NCBI GenBank assembly: GCA_040901985.1 | Contig: JBBDYC010000009.1 | Location: 60,364-124,363 of the forward strand | DNA length: 64,000 bases | From: Gemmatimonadaceae bacterium | GTDB taxonomy: Bacteria > Gemmatimonadota > Gemmatimonadetes > Gemmatimonadales > Gemmatimonadaceae | Direction: 5' to 3' | In this document: positions 29,121-39,180 of the stretch, piece after piece | Numbering within the stretch: the first letter of the stretch is position 1 | Layout of the letters: every line of letters starts with the position of its first letter | Position numbers and translations under genes: made by a program | Notes under the pieces: generated by a model | The model's database searches: none | The model's input: the letters and a program-made list of their open reading frames with translations, nothing else | What the model was told of the DNA's origin: nothing

Positions 29121-31253
29121 ATGAAAGTACTACTCCAACTTCTCGATTCTGGAGAGGCGTCTCTGCAAGAGACACCGGTCCCTCGCGCCAGCGGTCCAGC
29201 GTTGCTCGTCGAGACACGTAGCACCGTCGTCTCCGCCGGCACCGAACGGATGATGATCGAGTTCGGGCGGGCCTCCCTGCTCGAGAAGGTGCGGCAGCAA
29301 CCTGAGAAGGTACGCCAAGTCCTCGACAAGGCCAAGACCGATGGCATCGGTCCGACTCTCGACGCAGTCCGGAGCAAGCTCGGCGCCCCTCTCGCGCTTG
29401 GCTACTGCCAGGCCGGGGTCGTTGTCGAGACCGGCTCCGCTGTCTCTCCTTTCTACGTCGGCGACCGCGTTGTGACCAACGGCAACCACGCCGAGTACGT
29501 CACGGTCCCTTACACCCTCGCCGCTAAGATTCCTGATGGAGTCGACTTCGAATCCGCAGCCTTCACCCCCCTCGCGGCAATCGCGCTCCAAGGCATCCGC
29601 CTAGCAGATCCCACGCTGGGCGAGACGGTGATCGTATATGGACTCGGGCTGATCGGCCTCCTGACTGTTCAGCTTCTTCGCGCGAATGGCTGTCGCGTCA
29701 TCGGGATCGATACGAATGTGGCGCGTCTCACCCTCGCCGAGCGCTTCGGCGCCCTTCCCCTGAACGGCGCCGCGGGAAAGGTTGCCCCCCCGGCCCGGGC
29801 GCTCCCCGGCGGCGTCGGCGCCGACGCGGTGCTCCTGACCCTCTCGTCTCCCTCCGACGAACCCGTCCACAACGCCGCCGAGATGTCGCGCAAGCGTGGC
29901 CGCATCGTCCTCGTCGGCGTCACCGGACTCGGACTCCGGCGCGACGACTTCTTCAAAAAGGAACTCTCCTTCTCCGTTTCCTGCAGCTACGGACCCGGTC
30001 GCTACGACCCCTCCTACGAGGACCAGGCAATCGACTACCCCTTACCCTACGTACGCTGGACCGAACAGCGCAACTTCGAGGCGGTCCTCCAACTGATGGC
30101 GGACGGACGCCTCGATCCCCTGCCTCTCGTCTCCCACCGCTTCCCGTTCGACGACGCCCCGAAAGCCTATGACCTCATCGCCTCGTCCGAGCCATCCCTC
30201 GGCGTGGTGCTTCAGTACACCGACCGCAGAGGGGCCGCCATCACCCCCGCGGACCGCGTCCGCACCGTCAATCCGTCGCCCGCTGTCGCCTCTCCCTTCT
30301 CCGTCGGCGTGATCGGCGCCGGCAGCTTCGGCACACGTACCCTCATTCCCGCAATCATCGCCGCCAAGGCCCGCCTCCGCGTGATTACGAGTGGCAAAGG
30401 CACCAGTGCCGCCATCGCTGCCAAAAAGCTCGGCTTCGAACAGGCGGCGACCGACACCGACTTGATCTTCGCCGACCCTGCGGTCGACACCGTCGTCGTC
30501 CTGACCCGACACGACTCGCACGCCCGCTACGCCATCCGCGCCCTCGAGAGCGGCAAGCACGTTTTCGTCGAGAAGCCGCTTGCACTCACCGAACTCGAAC
30601 TCGACGCGATCATCGCCGCCGCCAAGACCTCGGGGCGCATAGTGACGGCCGGATTCAACCGTCGCTTCGCGCCCTTTGCGCGGACGCTCGGCGCACAACT
30701 CGCCGACCGCGCCGGCCCGGCAACACTCGTCCTCACGGTCAACGCCGGCGCCATTCCACGAGACCACTGGGTGCAGGACCCGGCGATCGGCGGCGGACGC
30801 ATCGTAGGCGAGGGCTGCCACTTTCTCGACCTCGCCCGCTTTCTCATCGGCGCGCCCATCACGGACGCCAAGGCGCTCCCGGCATCCGACCTCAACGGCC
30901 GCGCCATCGACGACATCGCCCACCTCTCCGTGGCATTCGCCGACGGCTCCACCGCAGTCGTGCACTATCTCGCTAACGGTAGTCCCCGCTTCCCCAAGGA
31001 GCGCGTCGAGGCCTTCGCCGACGGCCGCACGTGGCAGATCGACAACTGGCGTCGCCTCAACGCCTGGGGCGGCACGGCCAAGCGTGGCGGACTCTTTGCC
31101 GCCCAGGACAAGGGCCACCGCGACGAGCTCGCGGCGCTCGCCAAGGCGGTGCGTGAAGGTGGCCCACCCCCTATCCCCTACGACGAGCTTTTCGAGGTGT
31201 CGCGCTGGGCCATCCGGCTGGCAGAGGCGGCCCGGTCCCGCTCCAAAACGTGA
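29121..31253 (+). CDS. Bi-domain oxidoreductase (MDR + Gfo/Idh/MocA)
   Basis: SAGTE, LGY..AGVV, GLGLIG, SYGPGRYDP, RWTEQRN, GVIGAG, HVFVEKPL, GFNRRF, GEGCHF. Confidence 0.9.
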   Translation: MKVLLQLLDSGEASLQETPVPRASGPALLVETRSTVVSAGTERMMIEFGRASLLEKVRQQPEKVRQVLDKAKTDGIGPTLDAVRSKLGAPLALGYCQAGVVVETGSAVSPFYVGDRVVTNGNHAEYVTVPYTLAAKIPDGVDFESAAFTPLAAIALQGIRLADPTLGETVIVYGLGLIGLLTVQLLRANGCRVIGIDTNVARLTLAERFGALPLNGAAGKVAPPARALPGGVGADAVLLTLSSPSDEPVHNAAEMSRKRGRIVLVGVTGLGLRRDDFFKKELSFSVSCSYGPGRYDPSYEDQAIDYPLPYVRWTEQRNFEAVLQLMADGRLDPLPLVSHRFPFDDAPKAYDLIASSEPSLGVVLQYTDRRGAAITPADRVRTVNPSPAVASPFSVGVIGAGSFGTRTLIPAIIAAKARLRVITSGKGTSAAIAAKKLGFEQAATDTDLIFADPAVDTVVVLTRHDSHARYAIRALESGKHVFVEKPLALTELELDAIIAAAKTSGRIVTAGFNRRFAPFARTLGAQLADRAGPATLVLTVNAGAIPRDHWVQDPAIGGGRIVGEGCHFLDLARFLIGAPITDAKALPASDLNGRAIDDIAHLSVAFADGSTAVVHYLANGSPRFPKERVEAFADGRTWQIDNWRRLNAWGGTAKRGGLFAAQDKGHRDELAALAKAVREGGPPPIPYDELFEVSRWAIRLAEAARSRSKT

Positions 31254-32968
31254 GCGGCCGTCTCGCGCGGGCAGGACTGTTTGTCCGGACGGCTCGGCAC
31301 CTCAGACCGCGTCAGATTGTGCATCAGGTGCTTCGCCTGATCGACGTCGGGTCCGCCACCGCGAAGACTGCCGACCAGTGGCGCGCCGCGCAGGGCGCGC
31401 GAGAACTCGATGCGCTGAGCGCGCTCGGACCCGTCGCCGGCGCGGAAGAGGCCGAGCGCACCGCTCGCGTCTGGCTCGAGGACCGGCTCGACATCCTCGG
31501 CCTACGCGTACCCTGGGCCGACGACTGGCGAATGGCCGGCCCCTCTCCGCTCTGGCGTTATCACCTCCACTATCACGAGCATCTCGCCGACCTCGCTTGG
31601 CTCGCCGGACGGACCAGCGACCCGGCGATGGTGCGGCGACTCGCGCTCGACCTTCGCGGCTGGAACAAGGTTTGGGCGTCGGGTGGCGCTCCCGCTTGGG
31701 ACCCCTACCCGGTGAGTGTGCGACTCGTCAGTTGGCTCCGGATCCTTGCCTGGGCCGGCCCCCTGCTCGACGCTCCGGAACGCGACCTCCTCGAACGGGG
31801 CATCGCGAGGCACGTCGCCAGCCTCCGTTCGCGCCTCGAATGGCACATCGACGGCAATCACCTGCTCCGGAACACCTCGGCGCTCGTTCTCGGATCGTCG
31901 GTCCTCGAGGGTCCTGAGTCGGAATCGCTGCAGGACGAGGCCGTGACACTCTTCGAGCGCACCCTCGCCGAGCAGGTGCCGGGGGACGGCATCCACCTGG
32001 AGCGCACACCGATGTACCACGTGCGCGCCCTGCGCGATGCGATCGAGGTCGAGGCATGCCTGAAGACGCGGCGACGGAATCTCGGGGCGTCCTCCGTCGC
32101 GATCATCGACCGCATGGCGGCCGCACTCCCATGGATGTTACGGGCCGATGGCGAACTCTGGATGCTGAACGACACAGCCCACGACCACGGGGTGGACCTC
32201 GCCCCGCTTCTCGCGCGCGCCGCTGCCGTTGCCGAGCCCCCTTCAGGCCTCAGGTACTTTGGCGACGCGCACCTAGTGGTTATCGTCGCCGACCGCGACC
32301 GCTTGCGAATCGACCTCGGAGGCCCCGCTCCCGCGCATCAGCCGGGCCACGCGCACGCAGGCGCGCTCGGTTTCGAGCTGGATGTCGAGGGGTTCCCATT
32401 CATCGTCGATGGCGGGTGCTCCGGCTATGATGGCGATCCGTGGCGCGCGTACCTCCGCGGCACCGCCGCGCACAATACCGTGGCCATTGACGGCAAGGAC
32501 CAGAGCGAGCTCTGGGCGACCTTCCGCGTCGGCGCCCGGGCAGCGGTCAGCGGCGTCGCCTGCTCGGGCACGCCCCACCTGCTCACGATCGCCGCCGTGT
32601 GCCGGCCCTACCACGCGCGCGGCGTAGTCCATCGGCGCGAGTTCCGTCGCGAGGGCCGCGTGCTGGTCATCAACGATGTGGTGCAGGGTGCGGCCAGACG
32701 GCTCGTCGAGAGCTTCCTGCACTTCGACCCCGCGTGGGATGCCGCGTCCTCGAGCGCACACCAATTCGTACTGACGCGCCCCGGTGCGCGGGTTTCCGTG
32801 ACAGTCAACGGAGCCACGGATGTATCGCTACACCGCGGCCAAGGCGATCCGCGCATTGGCTGGTACGCGCGGGGGTTCAACCACGTCGTCCCGTCCTGGA
32901 CGTTGCGCCTGCGCGAGGAGCGCTACGTCGAACGCCCTTGGCGCATCACGATCACCCCGGACGCCTGA
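31250..32968 (+). CDS. Heparinase II/III family protein
   Basis: LWRYHLHY, LEWHIDGNHL, DGIHLERTPMYH, GHAHAG, RGTAAHNT. Confidence 0.88.
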   Translation: MSGRLARAGLFVRTARHLRPRQIVHQVLRLIDVGSATAKTADQWRAAQGARELDALSALGPVAGAEEAERTARVWLEDRLDILGLRVPWADDWRMAGPSPLWRYHLHYHEHLADLAWLAGRTSDPAMVRRLALDLRGWNKVWASGGAPAWDPYPVSVRLVSWLRILAWAGPLLDAPERDLLERGIARHVASLRSRLEWHIDGNHLLRNTSALVLGSSVLEGPESESLQDEAVTLFERTLAEQVPGDGIHLERTPMYHVRALRDAIEVEACLKTRRRNLGASSVAIIDRMAAALPWMLRADGELWMLNDTAHDHGVDLAPLLARAAAVAEPPSGLRYFGDAHLVVIVADRDRLRIDLGGPAPAHQPGHAHAGALGFELDVEGFPFIVDGGCSGYDGDPWRAYLRGTAAHNTVAIDGKDQSELWATFRVGARAAVSGVACSGTPHLLTIAAVCRPYHARGVVHRREFRREGRVLVINDVVQGAARRLVESFLHFDPAWDAASSSAHQFVLTRPGARVSVTVNGATDVSLHRGQGDPRIGWYARGFNHVVPSWTLRLREERYVERPWRITITPDA

Positions 32969-32970
32969 CG

Positions 32971-34218
32971 ATGCACATCGCGATCTTCGTCCAGGATTTC
33001 GCGCCAGAGACCGGGGCTGGGCCTGCGCGCATCACGGAGCTTGCCGCAGAGTGGATCCGACTCGGGCACGAGGTCTCGGTCGTGACCGCGTTCCCCAACC
33101 GACGACTCCCCGGCCAGCGTGACGGAACGATCCCGCCTCCTTATAAAGGCCGCCTCCTGATGCGGGAGGAGTGGAATGGCATCAAGGTCTATCGCTCTTG
33201 GCTGTTCACGAGCCCCAAGCGGGGTTTCGTCCGCACAATGGTGAACAATCTCACCTTCGCCGCCACTTCGCTCGTCCACGCGCTCGCATCGCTGCCCCGC
33301 CCCGACGTCCTTGTCGCGAGCGGTCCACCCTACTTCGCGCAATTCTCCGGGGCGCTCGTCGGGCTCATCAAGAACGTGCCGCTCGTGCTCGAGATCCGTG
33401 ACCTATGGCCGGACTACGTCGCCGAGATGGGCGTAATCCGCCAGAAGCCGCTACTCGACCTGATGTTCGCCACCGAGCGCTGGCTGCTGCGCCGCGCGCG
33501 TTCGGTGACAGTCGTCACCGATTCGTTCAAGCACCGCATCGTTCAGAAGGGGGTCGCTGCCGACGCCATCGACGTAGTCCCCAACGGCGTCGACACCTCG
33601 CGATACTATCCGTCCGACGAGCGACTGGCGCTCCACGAGCTCTCGCTTGCCCCCGGCACGCCGCTCGTAGGATATCTCGGCACATTCGGCGCGGGTCAGG
33701 GCCTAAACGCCGTGATCGAAGCGGCGCGCGTGCTCCGCGCCAGAGGCGTGCGCGCCCACTTCGCGCTTGTCGGCGACGGACCGGATCGCGCGGCGCTCGA
33801 GGCGGATCTTGCGGCGCGCCCCGTCGAAGGCGTCACGCTCCACTCTCCGATTCCGCGAGACGCCACGCGTGCGCTCTACAACAGCTGCGACGTGGTGTTG
33901 GTCCCGCACGCTTCACTCCCCGTGCTGGGCGACACCGTGCCGTCCAAGATCTTCGAGGTGATGGCCTGCTCTCGCCCGCTCGTCGCCGCCCTACGCGGCG
34001 AGGGGGCCCGCATCGTCGAGAGATCGAAGGGCGGCGTCCTTGCGACGCCCGGGGACGCCGAATCCATCGCGGCCAGTGTCGAGCGCGTGCTCAGGATGGG
34101 GGACGTCGAGCGCGCCGAGATGGGCCGCGCCGGCCGCAAGTTCGCACTCGCGGAGTATGATCGCGGGGCGCTTGCCCGCCGCTATCTCGAGTTGCTCAAG
34201 CGCGCAGCAGCGCGCTGA
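32971..34218 (+). CDS. Glycosyltransferase family 4 (WbuB-like)
   Basis: FAPETG, VTAFPN, EIRDLWP, VPNGVD, VPSKIFEVMA. Confidence 0.9.
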   Translation: MHIAIFVQDFAPETGAGPARITELAAEWIRLGHEVSVVTAFPNRRLPGQRDGTIPPPYKGRLLMREEWNGIKVYRSWLFTSPKRGFVRTMVNNLTFAATSLVHALASLPRPDVLVASGPPYFAQFSGALVGLIKNVPLVLEIRDLWPDYVAEMGVIRQKPLLDLMFATERWLLRRARSVTVVTDSFKHRIVQKGVAADAIDVVPNGVDTSRYYPSDERLALHELSLAPGTPLVGYLGTFGAGQGLNAVIEAARVLRARGVRAHFALVGDGPDRAALEADLAARPVEGVTLHSPIPRDATRALYNSCDVVLVPHASLPVLGDTVPSKIFEVMACSRPLVAALRGEGARIVERSKGGVLATPGDAESIAASVERVLRMGDVERAEMGRAGRKFALAEYDRGALARRYLELLKRAAAR

Positions 34219-35302
34219 CGATCCGTTCCGCCGCGCGACCGTCCCAGCCCGTCGGCGCCTTGGCGCCGACGGCGACTCGCTCCTGCGCGATCGCCGTGCG
34301 CAGGTCCCCAACGATCCCCTCGACCGTCGGTGGCCACGCCACCATTCGATTCGTCCCCTGTGTCACTGTGATAGGGCGCTCGGTCTGTGCGCGCACGGTG
34401 ACACACGGAACTCCCAGCACGGTCGTCTCCTCCTGCAGCCCGCCGCTATCGGTCACCGCCGCTAGTGCGCCATCGAGCATTCCCACCATCTCCGCATAGC
34501 CGAGTGGTTCGGTGACCACCAGCGCCTCGAGGAGCCGCTCGAGGCCTGCACCCTCCGCGCGAGCGCGGGTACGCGGGTGCATCGGAAAGACTACCGGGTG
34601 CGCGGCGCCGATCGTGGCCAGTGCTGACAGCAGGAGTTCGAGGCGCACGGGATCGTCGACGTTCGAGGGCCGGTGCAGCGTGGCGAGCACGTATCCTCCC
34701 CTCCTTACGCCGAGCCGCGCCTGCACATCGAGCTCCCTGGCCTTCGGGAGCACCCCGAGCAACGAGTCAATCATAACGTTGCCGACGAACTCGGCGCGAA
34801 TGTCGGTGAGGCCTTCACGCGCCAAGTTCGCCTCGACGTCGTCGGAAGGCGTCAGGAGGAGATCGCTCAACCGATCCGTGAGCACGCGGTTCACCTCTTC
34901 GGGCATCCCCCAGTCGTTCGAGCGGAGCCCAGCCTCGACGTGCGCGATGCGGCATCCGACCTCCTCGCGCAACTTGGAGGCCACGAGCGCGCAAGCCAAC
35001 GTGCTGTTCACGTCGCCGACCACCACGACCCACGCGGGCCTGTGCTCGAGAAGTACGGGCTCGAACCGCTCCATCACGCGCGCCGTCTGCACCGCGTGGC
35101 TCGCCGACCCCACCTCGAGCAGCACGTCAGGCGCCGGTGCCCCGAGGTCCGAGAGGAGCGCCTCAGACATCTTCACGTCGTAATGCTGCCCCGTGTGCAC
35201 GAAGAGCCGCGAGATCTTGCGTCGATCCAACTCGTGCAGGATCGGCACGACCTTCATGAAATTTGGGCGGGCGCCCGCGACGACGAGAATGGGACGGCTC
35301 AT
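34196..35302 (-). CDS. wecB: UDP-N-acetylglucosamine 2-epimerase (non-hydrolysing)
   Basis: GARPNFMK, HTGQHYD, GDVNST, HVEAGLRS, MPEEVNR, TDSGGLQEET, TERP. Confidence 0.95.
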   Translation of the reverse strand: MSRPILVVAGARPNFMKVVPILHELDRRKISRLFVHTGQHYDVKMSEALLSDLGAPAPDVLLEVGSASHAVQTARVMERFEPVLLEHRPAWVVVVGDVNSTLACALVASKLREEVGCRIAHVEAGLRSNDWGMPEEVNRVLTDRLSDLLLTPSDDVEANLAREGLTDIRAEFVGNVMIDSLLGVLPKARELDVQARLGVRRGGYVLATLHRPSNVDDPVRLELLLSALATIGAAHPVVFPMHPRTRARAEGAGLERLLEALVVTEPLGYAEMVGMLDGALAAVTDSGGLQEETTVLGVPCVTVRAQTERPITVTQGTNRMVAWPPTVEGIVGDLRTAIAQERVAVGAKAPTGWDGRAAERIVSALLRA

Positions 35303-35315
35303 TTGTTGGTCTTCC

Positions 35316-36086
35316 TCATCCCGGTAATACGCTCCCGCCATTGACGTTTACGATTTCCCCCACAATGTGCCTCGCACCGGGCGCACAGAGCGCCACCACT
35401 GCAACCGCAATATCCCGCGCGCTCGCGACTCGCCCGACCGGGATTCCCGCGGCAATCGTGCCTTCACGGTCCGCCGCCAGCGCCCCAGCCGCCATCTCCG
35501 TCTCCACCCACCCCGGCGCCACGCAGTTCACCGTAATTCCCCGCCGCGCGAGCTCAACCGCCTGCGATTTCACGAAGCTGATCATCGCCCCTTTGCTGGC
35601 CGCGTAGTCCGCGTGCCCCGCCTCACCGCGCTGCCCCGCCGTGCTCGAGATGTGTACGATTCGCCCGCCATCCCCCAGAACGCGCGCGGCCGCCCGCGAA
35701 ACAAAAAACATCGCATTCAAGTTCTCCCGCATCGTCCGCCGCCACCGCGCGTCAGTCATCTCGTGAACGGGCACGTCCTCTGCGGGCCAAATGCCGGCGC
35801 TGTGTACGAGGATATCGAGCCCGCCCCACTCGTTCACGACGCGCTCGACAAGGCCGTCCGCCACACCAGGCTCTCCCAAATCGCCAGCCACGGCCATCGC
35901 CCGTCGGCCGAACGCCTTCACGTCAGACACCACGCCGTCAGCCTCGACCTTTCGCGTCCGATAGCCAATCGCGACGTCGGCCCCGCACTCGGCGAGCAGC
36001 CTCGCCGTCGCCGCACCAATTCCGCGCGCACCGCCGGTCACAAGTGCCCGCTTCCCCTCCACCGAAAACAGATTGGGCACGCTCAC
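35316..36086 (-). CDS. SDR family oxidoreductase (FabG-like)
   Basis: TGGARGIG, YAASKG, VAPGWVET. Confidence 0.9.
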   Translation of the reverse strand: MSVPNLFSVEGKRALVTGGARGIGAATARLLAECGADVAIGYRTRKVEADGVVSDVKAFGRRAMAVAGDLGEPGVADGLVERVVNEWGGLDILVHSAGIWPAEDVPVHEMTDARWRRTMRENLNAMFFVSRAAARVLGDGGRIVHISSTAGQRGEAGHADYAASKGAMISFVKSQAVELARRGITVNCVAPGWVETEMAAGALAADREGTIAAGIPVGRVASARDIAVAVVALCAPGARHIVGEIVNVNGGSVLPG

Positions 36087-36664
36087 TTGCCAGCGAGTTC
36101 CGCATCAATCGCATCACAAATCGCGTGCTGGATGGCCAAATGCATCTCCTGCGCACGATCCGTCCGCTGCGTCGGCACGACCAGGCACACATCCGCCATC
36201 GCCTTCACCTCCCCGCCATTCTTCGCCGTCAACACCACGCTCCGAATCCCTAGCCGTTTGGCCGCTTCAATCGCGCGCAGACAGTTTGGCGAGTTGCCGC
36301 TCGTGGTATGCACCATCAACAAGTCACCACTCCGGCCGAGCGCCTCGAGCTGGCGACTGAAAATCGAGTCGAATCCGTAGTCATTGCCCGCCGCCGTGAG
36401 CGCCGACGTGTCGGTGGTCAGCGCAATGGCCCGCAGCGCACGCCGCTCGCGCAAATAGCGGATGGTGTACTCCGTTGCGATGTGCTGCGCGTCCGCCGCG
36501 CTCCCGCCATTGCCGCAGAAAAACAGCGTGCCGCCGCTCGCCAGCGTCTCGCGCACCATCGCCGTCACCGTGCGAATGCCGTCGGCAAGCGAATCCGCCG
36601 ACCGCGTTGCCACGTCGGCGAGTTCTCTCAGATGCGCCGCGGGGTCCACGCCCTTGCCGCTCAT
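36083..36664 (-). CDS. gmhA: Phosphoheptose (sedoheptulose-7-P) isomerase
   Basis: CGNGGSAADAQH, GNDYGF, TSGNSPN, QEMH. Confidence 0.93.
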   Translation of the reverse strand: MSGKGVDPAAHLRELADVATRSADSLADGIRTVTAMVRETLASGGTLFFCGNGGSAADAQHIATEYTIRYLRERRALRAIALTTDTSALTAAGNDYGFDSIFSRQLEALGRSGDLLMVHTTSGNSPNCLRAIEAAKRLGIRSVVLTAKNGGEVKAMADVCLVVPTQRTDRAQEMHLAIQHAICDAIDAELAGK

Positions 36665-36987
36665 TGGCTCAGCTCCGTGATCCGCTGGATGGCCGACTCC
36701 ACCTTGGCACCAATCGTCGCCGGCTCGCCGGCCGCGGCCTCAAACGCCCACGTCACGCACGCGTCCGCCGCCAACAGGTCGAGCGCCGCGTCACGCGTGA
36801 CGGCCTCACCGTGCCCGTGGACGGCGATGAGCAGTTGCTCGCCCGCCTGGATTAGCGCGCGGTCCAATGGCAGTTGCGCAAGCCCAGGCGTGTGGGCCAA
36901 CACGTCCTGCACGCGGGCCACCAGTCGCGGCGGGGCCTCGGCCCCGTGTTCGGCTACCCAAGTGGCGTGATTTGGTGTCGTTGGCAT
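36661..36987 (-). CDS. Hypothetical protein
   Basis: 108-aa ORF coupled to gmhA (ATGA overlap); ALDLLAADACVTWAFEAAA. Confidence 0.6.
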   Translation of the reverse strand: MPTTPNHATWVAEHGAEAPPRLVARVQDVLAHTPGLAQLPLDRALIQAGEQLLIAVHGHGEAVTRDAALDLLAADACVTWAFEAAAGEPATIGAKVESAIQRITELSQ

Positions 36988-37037
36988 TGGGCAAATCTAA
37001 CGCCAAGTTGCCTTCCCACGCCGAGCCCGATTACCCT

Positions 37038-37577
37038 ATGGATATGGCCACCGCCACCCGCCCGTGGACACGAGCAGACCTCGACCGATTCCCCGACGAC
37101 GGGAACCGCTACGAGGTGCTCGACGGCGAGCTCCTTGTGACGCCCTCGCCCTCCCGCACACATCAAATCGTGGCGCTCCGCCTCGCCCGCATCCTGGGTG
37201 ACTACTGCGATCACTACCGCATCGGCTACGTGATGGCTCCCGGCGCGGCACCGCGCGGCAAGAGCGAGCTACAGCCGGACATTTTGGCCACCGTGGACCC
37301 CACGCGACCCATTGACGCACGCTGGGACGAGACCGAGCCGGTGGGCCTGGTGGTCGAGGTCCTGTCGCCCGGCTCGCGTGCGCACGACCAGGTCACGAAG
37401 CGCGCTGCCTACCGGCGCTGGGGGTTCCCGGAATACTGGGTGGTTGATACCGATGCCCGCGCGGTGACCGTGGCGCGCCAAGGGCATCGTGACCGACGCG
37501 TGACCGATACGCTCCGCTGGCAGCCGAAGCCGGACGTGCCGCCCCTCGTGATTGGCGTCGAGAGGTTGTTCACGTAG
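37038..37577 (+). CDS. Uma2 (DUF820) family PD-(D/E)xK endonuclease, copy 1
   Basis: PDDGNRYEVLDG, QPD, VEVLSPGS..HD..TKR, EYWVVD. Confidence 0.9.
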   Translation: MDMATATRPWTRADLDRFPDDGNRYEVLDGELLVTPSPSRTHQIVALRLARILGDYCDHYRIGYVMAPGAAPRGKSELQPDILATVDPTRPIDARWDETEPVGLVVEVLSPGSRAHDQVTKRAAYRRWGFPEYWVVDTDARAVTVARQGHRDRRVTDTLRWQPKPDVPPLVIGVERLFT

Positions 37578-37727
37578 GGCGACCTCACCTCGTCACTGCC
37601 TACCCGGAGGATGGACGATGACCGTCTCCGCTGCGGGGCGCACGAGGGCCTTGGTTGCGCTCCGAACGGAGGAATTGCGCTTGGCAAAGGCCAGCGACCT
37701 GCTCGCCGCCCGAGCGACCTGAGCCGC

Positions 37728-37789
37728 CGCGAGCTCCGAAACACTCCTGGGCGCGTCTTTGAGCGCCTGGTAGACGGCGAACCGCTTCC
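37728..37789 (+). repeat. 62-bp orphan copy of the 5' part of the antitoxin gene at 39560..39621
   Basis: cgcgagct(c/g)cgaaacactcctgggcgcgtctttgagcgcctgg..gacggcgaaccgcttcc; 3 mismatches by manual alignment. Confidence 0.9.
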
Positions 37790-37929
37790 ACGCGCGGCGA
37801 ACGTCCCCTCTAGTTCCCCTTCGTTCCCCATCACGATGGGGGTTTTGTGGAGCGGTTGGCATAAAACGATGGTCGTCCCGCGCCAGCTCAGCGGTATCCT
37901 CGGCGAATCCTCGCTTGGGAGCCACCGCC

Positions 37930-38103
37930 GTGACAGACCGCCCCCTCCTCCCGAAGCGACTGGTGTTCGATCCCCACGCAATCGCCCGCATGCGAAAGCG
38001 TGACTTCAGCGTCCTCGACGTGCGTACCATCCTCTACAAGGTGGTATCCCTCGACCGGCCGAACCACTACTACATCATCACAGTGGAATGGCTCTACGGC
38101 TGA
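37930..38103 (+). pseudogene. DUF4258-like toxin remnant (apparent internal deletion)
   Basis: FDPHAIARMRKRDFSVLDV N-motif joined directly to a C-terminal IITVE motif; only 57 aa. Confidence 0.55.
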
Positions 38104-38139
38104 CAGCTCTGTCGTGCCGGATACCGGCAACGTGACCCT

Positions 38140-38168
38140 TTGCATTTTTCCCCGTGCGGCCATATTAT
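38140..38168 (+). promoter_or_regulatory. Sigma70-like promoter in front of the DUF2283-HTH gene
   Basis: TTGCAT-17 bp-TATTAT. Confidence 0.55.
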
Positions 38169-38197
38169 CCGTACGACCCCACACACCGGAGCCCGCG

Positions 38198-38641
38198 ATG
38201 GTCGACCGTACCTCGATGACGTATTCCCCGGAGGCGGATGCATTCGCGCTCGACTTTCACCCCGTGCCGGCCGGCCGCCGTGTCACGCGCGAACTGGCAC
38301 CGAACGTCCGTGCCGATTACATCGGCGACCGACTGGTCGGCTTCGAGATCCTCGACGCCTCAACTTTGATACCGTCCGAAGCCCTCGCCACCATTGGCGC
38401 GCCAAGCTTTCCGGTGCTCACCATCGCAGAGGCCGCCAAGAAGTTCAAGCGTCACCCGCGGACGCTTCGCTACGCCGCCGAGCGCGGCAAGATTGCCGGG
38501 GCCGAGAAGACTGGACGGGACTGGCTCGTGCCGTACGTCGGCGTGCTGAACTACGTGGTCAACCTGCCGCCCGCCGGCCGGCCCGCCAAACACAGACGCG
38601 CGCCCAACCGACGGCGCAGGGCAAAGGTCAGCGAAGCGTAG
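38198..38641 (+). CDS. DUF2283-domain + excisionase-type HTH protein (putative antitoxin)
   Basis: YSPEADAFAL...LVGFEILDAS then LTIAEAAK...TLR...GKIAG.KTGRDWLV; GGAG SD. Confidence 0.75.
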   Translation: MVDRTSMTYSPEADAFALDFHPVPAGRRVTRELAPNVRADYIGDRLVGFEILDASTLIPSEALATIGAPSFPVLTIAEAAKKFKRHPRTLRYAAERGKIAGAEKTGRDWLVPYVGVLNYVVNLPPAGRPAKHRRAPNRRRRAKVSEA

Positions 38642-38707
38642 CCGGCGCTAGACCACTACCCGCAGAGCGCACTCCCCCAGCAACCCCTCACCAGTGTATC
38701 GTTCTCT

Positions 38708-38932
38708 ATGGCTTCGTCTGCCCATCGGGATGTCCCCGCCCGTCACTTGCACGCCCACGACGAGGAAGCCGATGCGCACTACCTCGACCTCAGCCCCGCC
38801 GAGCGCCTCGCGCTCGTTTGGCCCCTCACCGTGTCCGCGTGGTCGGTGATGCTTGCCGCCCGCGGCGAACGTTTCGATGCTGAAGCGCGACTGCAAAAAG
38901 GTCATTGCCGCGTCCAGCGCCGAGGGCCCTGA
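38708..38932 (+). CDS. Small hypothetical protein of the kind found before TA-associated nucleotidyltransferases
   Basis: LSPAERLALVWPLT..AW...RLQ motif; nucleotidyltransferase remnant follows. Confidence 0.6.
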   Translation: MASSAHRDVPARHLHAHDEEADAHYLDLSPAERLALVWPLTVSAWSVMLAARGERFDAEARLQKGHCRVQRRGP

Positions 38933-38935
38933 TTC

Positions 38936-39003
38936 GCTTCGAGGCCCCGCTCGGGTCTTCGGGTAGTTCGGTGTTCCCCCCAGCCGCATTGACATCCTGA
39001 CGC
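38936..39003 (+). pseudogene. Nucleotidyltransferase (DUF6036-like) remnant
   Basis: Stop followed by FGVPPSRIDILT, matching the QxGVPPxRIDxLT motif; the rest of the gene is absent. Confidence 0.55.
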
Positions 39004-39016
39004 GCGGGGGTTGGCA

Positions 39017-39030
39017 TTTGTACATACAAA
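39017..39030. promoter_or_regulatory. Palindromic operator in front of brnTA
   Basis: TTTGTACATACAAA. Confidence 0.5.
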
Positions 39031-39041
39031 CTGTACATTTA

Positions 39042-39180
39042 CTTCGGTTCGAGTGGAACCCAGACAAATCGGAATTGACTCGGCGCGCTGTTCGCGGTGC
39101 GCCGGATCGTTTCAGCACGCCACGCCAACCGAAGGGAGCGCCAGGAATATGCCCAAGCCCTCGACCAAGCGGCGTCCTAA
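39042..39180 (+). pseudogene. BrnT toxin remnant (no start codon, internal deletion, frameshift)
   Basis: RFEWNPDKSE in one frame; RIVSARHANRRERQEYA ~30 nt later in another frame. Confidence 0.75.
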
